Source of the DNA: a virus
Virus record (IMG/VR): IMGVR_UViG_3300028920_000050
Location: 37,395-101,394 of that record
Direction: 5' to 3' (one strand)
DNA: 64,000 nt
Position 1 is the first letter of the stretch; every line of letters begins with the position of its first letter. Under the pieces are notes generated by a model. That model ran no database searches. It was not told where the DNA came from and saw only the letters and a list, made by a program, of their open reading frames with translations. The position numbers and the translations under genes were made by a program. Positions 27,308-37,827 of the stretch are shown here, one piece after another.

Positions 27308-30300
27308 TTAAAATGTACCTCTAACTGAGTATTTTGCTGTAGGTGTCCCTCCAGACCCTACTCCAATATCAACCCATTCACAATTTGAATTATTATAAGT
27401 TCCAGGAGCATATACAGATGCTAAATATTGACAAGTATGGAACCCGTAAATAGTTCCACTCGGAGCAGTAAAACTTAAGCTGTACTCACACGATGCTATT
27501 AACTCACACTCATTAAAACCATAGGCATTAGCAGCCGTACTTGATATATAAGAAGCAGTACACGAATCCAATCTACGACAGTCATTAAATCCGTAAGCAC
27601 TAGAAGCAGTTGTTGATGATATAAGGGTAGCTTCACAACTACTTAAGTTATAAGAACTATTGAAACCCCAGGCCGGTCCACCAGCATTAACAAGATCATT
27701 AGCCTCACATGAAGCGATCCTGTGACAGTCATTAAATCCAATTACATTCCCTCCACCACTTCCTCCATTAAAATCATAGGCATAACATGCTGACACGTTC
27801 CTGCAACTGTTGTACCCATATAAAGCAGCATTGTCACTTGAAGTTATATTACTAACAGCACAAGCAGATACTCTTTTACAGGTATCAAAACCTCTAAAGC
27901 TACCACTTGTTGTAATTGTTACGTTTTTTATCTCACAAGCAGATATCTTCTCTGATTGATAAAAACCATAAGTAGTTGATCCCCCAGGAAATGAAATACT
28001 ATCTATTACTACACTGGTAACATTATGACACAGTTCAACTAATCGGAGACCAGTTGCAGTAAGTGTCTTAGCAGAGCAATTAGACACCCCGATACACTGA
28101 TTAAATAAACGAATAACATCACCAAGAGCATCTACATCTTCAATTCTGCAATTAGATACCCGTTCACATATATTAAAAACATTAGTCCATTTACCAGAAT
28201 CTATATTGTGTACAGTACAATTAGTAACACTCTTACAGGTTTGAAAGGGATAGACAGCACCTAATGCTGCATCCATATTCTCAACCCTGCAATTAACAAC
28301 GTTGTGTGCATTATAAAAACCATATAGATCCTTATCTGAAGCTGTTGTTTTAAGATTATCAACTGTACAATTAATAAACTTTGAACTTCTATAAAATGCA
28401 TCACTTGCATTGTAACGAAAACCACTCATAGTTACACTTGAGTACCTGTCCTTTACAGTTACATTTTCAAATGTAAGGTTTCTCTGTGTTATATAAAATG
28501 AATATATTATTGGTGCAGCAGAAGATCCAAGACCTTTAACTGTTACATCCTTTATATAAGCATATTCACAATCTACATAAAAGTACCCATTGTTATCTCC
28601 ATAATAAAAATATGATCCGGGGTCCATTTGTAAATGTGAACAGTTATTAAAATGAAGAAATCCATAAGTGTCTCCCCCACTTAAAAAACTCTGCATATCA
28701 TATCCGCCACTTAAATATTTACAATAAACAGATCTGTATTCGCTTTTAAACCTATAGGTGTTTGTCGTTGTTCGTTCTATAATGGCGTTAAACTCTGCTT
28801 GAGTAGCAACAACTACATCTTTAGTAGCAACTCTTTTAAGTGAAATACCGAGTTCATCGTCATTTACGACAGGAGAATACCCCGCCTTACCAGAAAGGCT
28901 ACTATCTGTTACATCAGACAGTTCAGGAAAACTGGCAGGACTCCATGCTTCTCCGCCAATAATAAGTACACGGTAGTTACCTGTTGTAGGAAACCGTACT
29001 TTGACATTATTTAAAGTATAATCCTTTACTTCAGGAATAACATACTCGTCATTATCAATATCCTGAGCATATACCCAATAGTGAGTGTCAGTCTGTATGG
29101 GAAAGAAGGTAACTGTATGCCACGTTCCCGCCGTGTAAGATATTACATACGGATCAATAGAATTAGGCTGTGCTACTTCACGAAGTTCAAACTTCTTACT
29201 GGTATTATTCCAGACAACAGCATACCCTTCTTCGCTTGCCCCCGGACTTGTTATATCAACATCTTGGAGGTCAACGAGACTATTAAAGATGTTACTCTCT
29301 TCCCACTGTGTAGTATACACCCAATAACGAGAAGGAGAAGGAGATTTAACCTGTACAAGAAAGCCAGTCTCAGGCTCAGTAAAGGTCCAGGCATCAGGAT
29401 TAAGCTCTGTAGACCACTGTGCAATCTCATCAGCATGACCAGACCATGCACCTGTAGGTGTATCTCCTATTATATATCTCTCATCATCAACAGGAGATCC
29501 AGGAGGATCATTTTGTATAGCTTCTACTGCAGTCTGCATAGACTGCCCCTGCTGAAAAGCCTGAAAGTAATCATAAATAGCTTTGGTAGAAGCAAACACA
29601 TCTGTAGCTGTTTCATATCCATTAAGTGTATCAACAAACTTCTTTCCATGAACAGCATTTGCAGGAGCAGGTACGTTTGCAATATGTGCTTCATGGTTTG
29701 CCTTATTATCCATGATGTCATCAAGGAGACCGGTATTAGTATCATAACTTTCCCGTTCATCAACAATACTTGTTCCAGATACACTGGCAACTTTAAGATT
29801 AAGTCCGATATCCCAAAAACCTCCGGTATCAGGTGCCATCTCCACATCAGCTTCAATAGTGTCACCGTAGTATATCTCACACACAAGCTGTAGTCTTGCA
29901 CACCGCATAACATTAAGAAGAGGGTGTACAAGATTAGGGTCCTCGGTATAGTCTACATACTTGAAAGAAAGCTTATAATAAAAATTCTTATTAAGAGTAA
30001 GATCAAGCTGATCCCCTGAGGTGGTTCTGTCATTAAGATTGGCATTTGTTTTTGTTATTTCAAGATCCTCATAAAGAGTAAATACAAAACCCTTATAAAC
30101 CCACGTCCCCGCCTTAATCTTAACACGACCATTATCCATCTTTTCAATAAGAAGGCCGTCAGAATAAAATACACTGCCGGCTCCGCCGACAAGCTTCAAA
30201 GTCTCACGCTGTATATTAAGTACTATATCCTGAAAGTTGTTCCAATCAACGTCAAGAACAGGTACTCCCATTTGAAGTACAGATGCAATATAGTTTTTAT

Positions 30301-30346
30301 AAAACTGAGTTATATTACCGCCGATCTTTAAGTTTTCTTTAGACAT
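27308..30346 (-). CDS. Tail fibre / receptor-binding protein
   Basis: N-terminal QMGVPVLDVDWN baseplate-attachment-like motif; DUF2793-like PPGSP...GAWSGH...IAQW; Cys-rich YGFNxCxxxxxC beta-helix repeats. Confidence 0.8.
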   Translation of the reverse strand: MSKENLKIGGNITQFYKNYIASVLQMGVPVLDVDWNNFQDIVLNIQRETLKLVGGAGSVFYSDGLLIEKMDNGRVKIKAGTWVYKGFVFTLYEDLEITKTNANLNDRTTSGDQLDLTLNKNFYYKLSFKYVDYTEDPNLVHPLLNVMRCARLQLVCEIYYGDTIEADVEMAPDTGGFWDIGLNLKVASVSGTSIVDERESYDTNTGLLDDIMDNKANHEAHIANVPAPANAVHGKKFVDTLNGYETATDVFASTKAIYDYFQAFQQGQSMQTAVEAIQNDPPGSPVDDERYIIGDTPTGAWSGHADEIAQWSTELNPDAWTFTEPETGFLVQVKSPSPSRYWVYTTQWEESNIFNSLVDLQDVDITSPGASEEGYAVVWNNTSKKFELREVAQPNSIDPYVISYTAGTWHTVTFFPIQTDTHYWVYAQDIDNDEYVIPEVKDYTLNNVKVRFPTTGNYRVLIIGGEAWSPASFPELSDVTDSSLSGKAGYSPVVNDDELGISLKRVATKDVVVATQAEFNAIIERTTTNTYRFKSEYRSVYCKYLSGGYDMQSFLSGGDTYGFLHFNNCSHLQMDPGSYFYYGDNNGYFYVDCEYAYIKDVTVKGLGSSAAPIIYSFYITQRNLTFENVTVKDRYSSVTMSGFRYNASDAFYRSSKFINCTVDNLKTTASDKDLYGFYNAHNVVNCRVENMDAALGAVYPFQTCKSVTNCTVHNIDSGKWTNVFNICERVSNCRIEDVDALGDVIRLFNQCIGVSNCSAKTLTATGLRLVELCHNVTSVVIDSISFPGGSTTYGFYQSEKISACEIKNVTITTSGSFRGFDTCKRVSACAVSNITSSDNAALYGYNSCRNVSACYAYDFNGGSGGGNVIGFNDCHRIASCEANDLVNAGGPAWGFNSSYNLSSCEATLISSTTASSAYGFNDCRRLDSCTASYISSTAANAYGFNECELIASCEYSLSFTAPSGTIYGFHTCQYLASVYAPGTYNNSNCEWVDIGVGSGGTPTAKYSVRGTF

Positions 30347-30356
30347 TTAGATCTCC

Positions 30357-30818
30357 TTAATTCATTAAAACAAGATTTACGTACCTGTTAACAGTCTCAC
30401 CGCCAGCTTTGACTGCTTTAGGATGTATTTCATGAAGGATCATGGTTCCTTCGTCTACTCCTGGTATATCACTACCTTCAGGATCTACAAATACTGCGAA
30501 CTCCCTGAGTTCACCTATTGCTTCATCTGTATCAAGCTCAACTCTGAACTGTAGCTTTTTAGTAGGAGTAATAGATACCTGATTGTTATCATCAATATAA
30601 TCAGTATCAGATACATTATCGATCTTTTTACGGAATACCTCATTGAAAAGAGTCGTTCTTGATCTGCTTTTTTTACTCAAACCTTTATCTGCTTCATTAT
30701 CCCACTGAGTATCTCCAGATCCTACAGCATAATAAAGAGTACAATTTGATTTTAAAAGTTTATTTAGAAGTGGACCAAATGCATCCACAAATATATTAGG
30801 ATTGGTAAGTATCATCAT
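30357..30818 (-). CDS. Baseplate / tail-fibre attachment protein
   Basis: YYAVGSGDxxWD...LxNEVFRK...LREFAVF pattern; position. Confidence 0.7.
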   Translation of the reverse strand: MMILTNPNIFVDAFGPLLNKLLKSNCTLYYAVGSGDTQWDNEADKGLSKKSRSRTTLFNEVFRKKIDNVSDTDYIDDNNQVSITPTKKLQFRVELDTDEAIGELREFAVFVDPEGSDIPGVDEGTMILHEIHPKAVKAGGETVNRYVNLVLMN

Positions 30819-30841
30819 TACCCTCCTTTTTAATTATAACA

Positions 30842-31831
30842 TTAACCAAGCGTGTATTCCACTAAATTATCCAATTCTTTGTCCAAAACAGCATCAGAAA
30901 AGTACATTGGATACGGTATTATGCTAACATACTCAGGAAAATAGTTATTGAGTATTTCACACGCTCTCTCATATAACAAACTATGTCTATACGTATTAAA
31001 TGGTATGAAAATAAAAACATACATCAAATCAACTAAATAAGTAGTCTCTCCATATCCAGAATAATCTATAGTTCTTTTTAAAATGTCACGGTGCGTTCCA
31101 AGATCTTGCACACGATGTATATCCGGGTCAAATGTAATTGACCCATTATATTCACATGAATAAAACCCGCTTTTATGTGCTGACTTATAAAGTATCTGTG
31201 CATTAAAATTAAACAACCAATATAAATATCTCTTAATGCCAGACTCTGTTCCTTTAGCCTTCGCCCCCAAAAGAAAATATGTAAGTTCATTAGAATAATA
31301 ATCAACAGGAAGGTTATCCCTGAAAGAAACACCAATCCTTTCATATAGTACTTTTGTAAACTTTATAGGTACAGCCCTTAAGTGAAATATATCATCAATC
31401 TGCCTTATCTTAGATTTTATTCCGCCAAAAAACTTACCGAATGTATTGAATAATGCTTTAAGCTCCTCAGCTGACGTATACTTTTTATAGTTGGTCCACA
31501 CTAACCTCTTCCACATGTAATCACCATAATCATAATTATATGGACCTATTATAGAATCTCTATTATCACTGGCAGAATAATATACACTATCTTTTTCTAT
31601 AAATAATGTATAACAATAAATCTTTCCCTCTTCAACATCACTGTCTTTATAGTACTTGTTAGTACCTACATAAACAGTATCTCCATCGTACACATCGAGA
31701 GGATACCCTTTACTGTTTTTAACAAGATGATAAACACCATCTTCTATAGGTGAATTATCTGTCCAGCTTATATCTACTATGCCCGGATCAAAAGAGTGCT
31801 GGCATACAAGTGGACTGATATGTATATTCAT
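30842..31831 (-). CDS. Baseplate wedge protein (gpI-like)
   Basis: Follows baseplate J; KAKGTESGI motif. Confidence 0.7.
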   Translation of the reverse strand: MNIHISPLVCQHSFDPGIVDISWTDNSPIEDGVYHLVKNSKGYPLDVYDGDTVYVGTNKYYKDSDVEEGKIYCYTLFIEKDSVYYSASDNRDSIIGPYNYDYGDYMWKRLVWTNYKKYTSAEELKALFNTFGKFFGGIKSKIRQIDDIFHLRAVPIKFTKVLYERIGVSFRDNLPVDYYSNELTYFLLGAKAKGTESGIKRYLYWLFNFNAQILYKSAHKSGFYSCEYNGSITFDPDIHRVQDLGTHRDILKRTIDYSGYGETTYLVDLMYVFIFIPFNTYRHSLLYERACEILNNYFPEYVSIIPYPMYFSDAVLDKELDNLVEYTLG

Positions 31832-33324
31832 TCCTGGCCACCCTCCACTGTAATATTAAGATTTCCTAAAACAGGAAGTTCATACTCAGTCATTTCTATA
31901 GATGACACACCCTCTGTTCCTCCCTGACGAAAAAGCTTATTAACAACAATGTCATCTACACGATTATCTACTTTATAGAGTACAGTAATGTCTGAAGGCC
32001 GTATAGTTGCTTTAAACAACCAATTATCTTTTATAAAATAATCACTGGCAAGCCTTGTGTAATAGGAAGCCATCTCTGCATTACTTAGTGTAGAATCTGC
32101 AAGCTTTATATAAATATCAACATCAATAGCTACCCTGACTGGCGGATAGACTGTAATCACATATCCTATTGCAGACTTACTCTCAAGATACGTTTTAAGA
32201 TTAAAAGACTGTGCTTCAGTTACCTCTCCATCCCCATTTACATCCACATAGGCAGCTAAATGTCTGTTACTTGTAGCAAAGAAACGACTATCAAAAGATA
32301 CATACCTTGCACGTATACCGAACAGTGGGTTCTCATCAATCAGCTGCTCTATATCAGGAATAGTAATTCCCCGATCCTGTGCATTAATATAACCAGGAAC
32401 TAAAAACTTAGTCTCTTCAGTTGTGTATGTATTAATACCTCCCTCAGCCTCCTCTATATTAATTACATCAGTAAACTCTGTTATAGAGCTATCTATAAAC
32501 TCAGTAATAATACCCGCGGGTACATTACCTTTATCTCCGTCACTCTTCCTCCACTTAGAAGTTACCTTTGCACCTTCAGGTATCAGAAGCCCCTTACTTC
32601 CATCACCAGACTCTATGTATGGAACATAGTCATTATTAAGTAACACCCTGTAGTGCTTGTTATAAAACTGACTGTTACGAAAAGTTTCAACACGCTTCCA
32701 TTCCTCACCATTAACAAACAGCTGCATGGAAGCTTCCTGATAATTTCTATCAGAACATTTTACAAAAAAGTATTTACCATCAGCCGTACCGAAATCTTCT
32801 ATAATAGTTTCACCCTGAGTAACAACAGCATTTACACTCGACTCTCCTGATTTTATAAGTTGTGTTTCAAATACTTCATAAGGTATATTCCTCCCGGTTT
32901 CCACATCAAGATACCCTACCTTATAACCGGCAGGTAATACTATATCTCTCTCAAGCGGAGAGAAAGTTATCATAACTGTAGTTACAGCACTAAGGTATCC
33001 TCTTCTTTTAAAATTGAATATATCAATGTAGTTCCTTATGTTCTCAATCTCTCTTGCATGAAATGGATTTAATTCATTGAATGTACGATCAGTATAAAAA
33101 GAAAGTACATCACCTACATAAGAAAAAGCCTCAATATCCATCATGAGTGGATCATTATCATCGAAATTACGAAAATACTCCTGATGGTTCGCTTCGAGAT
33201 AACTTATAATTCCATCCTTGAAAGACTGAAAATCCCTACCTGTATAATCAATCTGATCAAAAGACCCCCTTACAAATGTACTCACATACGAGCTTACAGG
33301 TACTGAACTATTTACTTCTGACAT
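31828..33324 (-). CDS. Baseplate wedge J / T4 gp6-like
   Basis: IDYTGRDFQS, YVGDVLSFYTD, GDGSKG, GDKGNV, QDRGIT motifs. Confidence 0.9.
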   Translation of the reverse strand: MSEVNSSVPVSSYVSTFVRGSFDQIDYTGRDFQSFKDGIISYLEANHQEYFRNFDDNDPLMMDIEAFSYVGDVLSFYTDRTFNELNPFHAREIENIRNYIDIFNFKRRGYLSAVTTVMITFSPLERDIVLPAGYKVGYLDVETGRNIPYEVFETQLIKSGESSVNAVVTQGETIIEDFGTADGKYFFVKCSDRNYQEASMQLFVNGEEWKRVETFRNSQFYNKHYRVLLNNDYVPYIESGDGSKGLLIPEGAKVTSKWRKSDGDKGNVPAGIITEFIDSSITEFTDVINIEEAEGGINTYTTEETKFLVPGYINAQDRGITIPDIEQLIDENPLFGIRARYVSFDSRFFATSNRHLAAYVDVNGDGEVTEAQSFNLKTYLESKSAIGYVITVYPPVRVAIDVDIYIKLADSTLSNAEMASYYTRLASDYFIKDNWLFKATIRPSDITVLYKVDNRVDDIVVNKLFRQGGTEGVSSIEMTEYELPVLGNLNITVEGGQE

Positions 33325-33343
33325 TTTGATCTCCTTAAATCAA

Positions 33344-33724
33344 TTATATATTTTCATTATCAAGTTTAAATATAACTTTATCCTCAAGCTCTGCAAAACT
33401 TAAACCAATTATAAGTGCTGACTCTTTTTTATTACGTGAGTCCTGAATGTATATATTAAGTAATGTGTAATCTGGAACTACACGTGTAACAATACGTTTA
33501 ATGCAAGCATAGAACTCTGGACCGTATATTTCCTGTTCGGTTCTATGTATATAATCAATGGGAAGCTCCTCCTCATCAAACTCATCATTCATAAGTCTTT
33601 CACCGTGATGCATAGTTAAAGCACAAAGTAACTTTCCCATCTCTGAACTTATACCTTCATCTACAGCAAATCCTTTTGTTTTGCTTATTAAAAGAGGAAA
33701 ACTTCTAGTTCGTATTACTGCCAC
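33344..33724 (-). CDS. Baseplate gp25-like protein
   Basis: SFPL...LTMHHGERLMNDEF; immediately upstream of J-like gene. Confidence 0.75.
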   Translation of the reverse strand: MAVIRTRSFPLLISKTKGFAVDEGISSEMGKLLCALTMHHGERLMNDEFDEEELPIDYIHRTEQEIYGPEFYACIKRIVTRVVPDYTLLNIYIQDSRNKKESALIIGLSFAELEDKVIFKLDNENI

Positions 33725-36046
33725 TTATACCTCCTGAGACTTCACAAGCACTTTAGTTCCTGCACTTATAGATGTCTTGGTAGCATCCTTGCTCATCGTA
33801 AAAGTATTTGATTCTTCGTCAACTGTTAAAAGAGTAGTTCCTTGAGGTATTCCCCCTCCCTCAGCTCTTATTGACCACCCTGCTTGTGCCGGTGATATAT
33901 TACCATTTCCAAAGTTACTCCCTTCCTCAATATAAACAGTCTTAGTAGCGGGTAACTCAAGTTTTTCAGGATCTATACCGAAATAATTAAACATAGCAAG
34001 AAAAGCTTTTATTCCATCAAACACTTTATTAACACCTTCCTGATCAAAAGAAGGATAACCTGTAAAAAAATAGAGACCGAGTGTAAGGTGATTATCTTTT
34101 ATAAAACCATTACTACGAAGATGGTTCATATTACCTTCAAGTTCTGTCCTTATTAACTCGTTGCCCCCTGGTCCTCCCCACACAGATCCATTGACAGGAG
34201 GCATATACCAAGCACTTGCGCTTGCACTTAAATCCTTTAATGTATTTATAAACTTCTCAATAACATCAATGGTTTTTGATATAATATTAATGTAATAAGT
34301 GACGAGCTTTCTTTTGTCCTCTATAAGTTTAACCATATCCTCAAGTGGATTATTAAAAGAGTCGAACAGATTTCTAAAGTTTAACATCTCCCGTCTTACA
34401 GTATCAAACATAGTCTTTATAGGTGGAACAAGCTGAGCGAATGTAGTACCTATCCAGGGAGTAGTTGTAGAGGACACTGGGGGAGGAACATCATAAGCCT
34501 GTTTAAATGTTGGTATATAAATAGGTCCGCTATCATAAACAGATCCTACCTCGTCCTCTGGATAGCTTTCAATAATACCAATCTCATTTCTATAGACACG
34601 CAATCTGCAGGTACCATACTGATCAATACCCTCTGCATCTCTCATTGGATAGTTATACATGTTACCTATAGAATCATCCTCTTTAGACACAGATCTTCTG
34701 AATACAAGAATAGCATTTCCATTCGGACCCCAAGAATAATTAGCACCATCAGATCTTGGAAACAGTCTTTCTATTTCAGCTTCCATACGGGCACATACTT
34801 CACCAATCATATTTTGGTTGACTCCGTACCTGCTTGACCGCTTGCCTCCTCCATCTACACTATTAAGCCCACACACCCACACATCAAAATCTGAATTATC
34901 TTCCGCATACTGTTCCTGTAATGTCTTTACAGGCCCGTCAAGACTTACTTCATCTCGTGGTGTTTGTGCTTCTTCTTTATAAAAACTTATACGTATATGT
35001 GGTATACACGTTATTTCTTTTGAAAAACCAGTAGCTGTAGCTCCTTCATCCTCATTAGCTGCTGGATACATATTTCTCCGCTTACTGAAATCAGTACCTT
35101 GTATAGCTACTATTAAACTTGTCCAGCTTACTATAGCATCATCTCGCTGTCTCCTTACACTTACCTTAAACCCCTTAAGTGTAGCTAGTAGTACAGGCTG
35201 CCTCCATATCTTAGGAAGAACTTCCTTAAGATTATCGAACAGCTTATTTGGAAATGAAAAAGAAACAATAAAGCCGGCACCCATTACCACATCGGACTCA
35301 CTGAAGTTAGGACCTACTGTATCAGTAAGTAAATCAAGTGCCTTTTCTATCCTTTTTTTCTTCTCTTCATCCTCCTCTTTTTCATCCTTCTCCTCTACCT
35401 CACCGAGTAAACCTCCGAGATAGTTATTTACAATCTTCCTGGTACGGGCAGCAGTTACATCAATCGTTCCAGCGGTCCCCCTGAACGACTCCGCAAAATA
35501 AAACGCATTATTGATCTGCTCAAGAACATTACCTACACCCCTTCTGGCTTCATTAGGATATATAGGTAAAAGAAATGCTCCTGTATCCTCTATGCTACTA
35601 AGCATATCATCAATGTAAGCTATAACTTCATCTATGACAGCAGTAAGTGGATTTAAAGATATAAACTTTGTAAGTTCAGATATAATCTTCATTACTTCTT
35701 CTATAGCTTTAAGTATGGTGTCAGCTTTCTCCCCCACCTGACTAACTAGATCAATAAACCCCTGAATAGCATCACCAAGCTCAATACCTGCTTGGCCCAT
35801 ATAAGAAAAGTCGCTGTGTATATCCTCAGCTTTAGTTTTTAAGATCCTGCCTTCTTCCCCGGCAAAATTATATTCCTCATTACGCTTTTCATACCAGTCT
35901 CTAGATCTTAATCCTGAATTATACCAGATGTTTGTACTACGGAACTCGGACCACAGGTCAGATATACTGCCTCCCTCCTTAAAAGGAGCAGTAGAAGCAC
36001 CAACTACAGTGTTCTTATCTCCGTTATTTTGAGTTACCTGTGCCAT
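33725..36046 (-). CDS. Large baseplate-region protein with duplicated helical domain
   Basis: 773 aa between spike/PAAR and gp25. Confidence 0.6.
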   Translation of the reverse strand: MAQVTQNNGDKNTVVGASTAPFKEGGSISDLWSEFRSTNIWYNSGLRSRDWYEKRNEEYNFAGEEGRILKTKAEDIHSDFSYMGQAGIELGDAIQGFIDLVSQVGEKADTILKAIEEVMKIISELTKFISLNPLTAVIDEVIAYIDDMLSSIEDTGAFLLPIYPNEARRGVGNVLEQINNAFYFAESFRGTAGTIDVTAARTRKIVNNYLGGLLGEVEEKDEKEEDEEKKKRIEKALDLLTDTVGPNFSESDVVMGAGFIVSFSFPNKLFDNLKEVLPKIWRQPVLLATLKGFKVSVRRQRDDAIVSWTSLIVAIQGTDFSKRRNMYPAANEDEGATATGFSKEITCIPHIRISFYKEEAQTPRDEVSLDGPVKTLQEQYAEDNSDFDVWVCGLNSVDGGGKRSSRYGVNQNMIGEVCARMEAEIERLFPRSDGANYSWGPNGNAILVFRRSVSKEDDSIGNMYNYPMRDAEGIDQYGTCRLRVYRNEIGIIESYPEDEVGSVYDSGPIYIPTFKQAYDVPPPVSSTTTPWIGTTFAQLVPPIKTMFDTVRREMLNFRNLFDSFNNPLEDMVKLIEDKRKLVTYYINIISKTIDVIEKFINTLKDLSASASAWYMPPVNGSVWGGPGGNELIRTELEGNMNHLRSNGFIKDNHLTLGLYFFTGYPSFDQEGVNKVFDGIKAFLAMFNYFGIDPEKLELPATKTVYIEEGSNFGNGNISPAQAGWSIRAEGGGIPQGTTLLTVDEESNTFTMSKDATKTSISAGTKVLVKSQEV

Positions 36047-36200
36047 CCTTTACCCCGGCCATTTTCTTTAATTTAGCTATCTCTTTATTATACTCAATAT
36101 CAAGTAATTTTTCAATCTTAAAAAGAGATTCCCGAACAAACTTTAGCTGTTCAAGCTGCTTTTCAAACATGCTTTTTGGCCTTTTCTTAGTATCTGACAT
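36024..36200 (-). CDS. Small coiled-coil protein (58 aa, MSDTKKRPKSMFEKQ...), absent from ORF track
   Basis: Manual translation; GAGGT SD immediately after a palindrome copy. Confidence 0.6.
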   Translation of the reverse strand: MSDTKKRPKSMFEKQLEQLKFVRESLFKIEKLLDIEYNKEIAKLKKMAGVKDGTGNSK

Positions 36201-36229
36201 TATTTACCTCAAAATGTAATATCTTACAT

Positions 36230-36676
36230 TTAACTGCCCTGACAGTCAGACTGCCCACCATCCACTATTTCAATAGTACAAGATCCAGTAATAGGTGTAA
36301 TAACACCTGTCTGGTTATGTGCTGAGTTTATGGCACACGAACAAGTAGCTGAGTCACCTTTTTTCATACAGGCTTTTCCATTCTCTTTGTTGTCTGTCAT
36401 CCCCGCATTTATAGTATATGAACCTGTATTAGTTGGTGTATCTGTATGTGTACCTGCTTTTTGTCCTGGTGACTCACACCCCCAGGCAGGTAATGATCCA
36501 CCAGACGGATTCGTAATCTTGTCAGTTAATACCTTTTTACCTGACGGCATTTCATTATCAGTATCTTCATTTACAGTACAGTCATCTTTTCCACCTGAAC
36601 TTATACCAGGGATCGCAGCTGCGTTCTGAGTTACAGAGAACTCAAAGTCTACATTAACATGATCATCTGCTGCCAT
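36230..36676 (-). CDS. Spike tip / PAAR-like protein
   Basis: Cys-containing G/S/T-rich 148 aa protein directly after the gp5-like spike. Confidence 0.6.
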   Translation of the reverse strand: MAADDHVNVDFEFSVTQNAAAIPGISSGGKDDCTVNEDTDNEMPSGKKVLTDKITNPSGGSLPAWGCESPGQKAGTHTDTPTNTGSYTINAGMTDNKENGKACMKKGDSATCSCAINSAHNQTGVITPITGSCTIEIVDGGQSDCQGS

Positions 36677-37827
36677 TATGTTGCCACCGTATGCTTTCCG
36701 CCATTGATATCAACCTTTCCGTTTTCCATTGATATCTTATTTCCATTCTTACAGTCAATAACTGTACCATCACTATTCATTGTATATTTATTACCTGTAT
36801 TTTTACCATCCTCAACAATGATACCTGATGAGTCAAAGGTCGCCTTGTGACCATTATTAGTATCATCAATAACCAATGATTTATTTGTTCCATCAAGTTT
36901 AATGTTGTACCCGAACAAATCGAACTCAAGTGTCTTATCAGACTCTTTGATCTCAAACTTAACCTTATTAGTTTCAAACAGGTTAGTAAGAAACTCAGCA
37001 CTTCCTGTTGTAAGATATTTAAAAATAAGTTCTAAAGCAGGAGATGTAATTTCATCCATAACACTTGAAGTGGGCGGAGTATTGATGCCCATGATTAATT
37101 TATAACCATCAGCTGTATACTCTTCTCTCGATCCAGATGTATAAGCAGCACCACCTGACTTATGTGTATAACTATCAGCTATATATTTATGATAACGCTT
37201 ATCCCCACTTTGCTCATGGAACTCCCCCATAACACTAAGGCGCATAGCCTTACCTACTGTCTGTACAAGCTCATTACCTATAGACCTGACATAGCTACCA
37301 AGTACTTTCTTCTTATCTCCCCCGCGAATAACCTGAACTTTATCCCGGATCACTTTTCGCTCGAAAGTACCATCCTCAAGCATGCGCATATAAGATCCAG
37401 ACAAATCATGAAACAAACCTATGAGTTTAAAATAATCATCAAATAAAAGTCGTCCAGTATTATTTTTAAGAACCTTCTGCTGTTCACCTACAGACGGAGC
37501 ATTGGATTCCCCAAATCCATCTATCTCATAATAGCACCCCGTCCATATAGGCTTTGATGGATCAAACCTCTCAAACTCAATCCACACACCAGTACCTACT
37601 TGAGGGACAGTATAATCATTTATAGTAGGAACACTTGCCCTGGCCCATTTTGTAGTTATACCTTCCACCAAGAGTTTCGCTCTTACTCTTCCTTGGTTCA
37701 TTGGATCTTTATTGTCAACAACCCTTGCCCTGTACTTTCCGATCATAGGCTGGTAAGGTAAACTTGCATTTACACCCAAAAACTTTAATAAAAGTTGTCT
37801 TACATAATTTTCAATCTTCTGCCACAT
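36676..37827 (-). CDS. Baseplate central spike (gp5/gpV/VgrG OB-fold)
   Basis: GKYRARVVDNKDPxxxGRVR...WA...VPxVGxGVWIEF..DPxxPIW. Confidence 0.9.
   Translation of the reverse strand: MWQKIENYVRQLLLKFLGVNASLPYQPMIGKYRARVVDNKDPMNQGRVRAKLLVEGITTKWARASVPTINDYTVPQVGTGVWIEFERFDPSKPIWTGCYYEIDGFGESNAPSVGEQQKVLKNNTGRLLFDDYFKLIGLFHDLSGSYMRMLEDGTFERKVIRDKVQVIRGGDKKKVLGSYVRSIGNELVQTVGKAMRLSVMGEFHEQSGDKRYHKYIADSYTHKSGGAAYTSGSREEYTADGYKLIMGINTPPTSSVMDEITSPALELIFKYLTTGSAEFLTNLFETNKVKFEIKESDKTLEFDLFGYNIKLDGTNKSLVIDDTNNGHKATFDSSGIIVEDGKNTGNKYTMNSDGTVIDCKNGNKISMENGKVDINGGKHTVAT

Noticed and set aside
26298-30346. Diversity-generating retroelement or invertible fibre cassette
   Set aside because: No reverse transcriptase, invertase or template/variable repeat pair seen in the window
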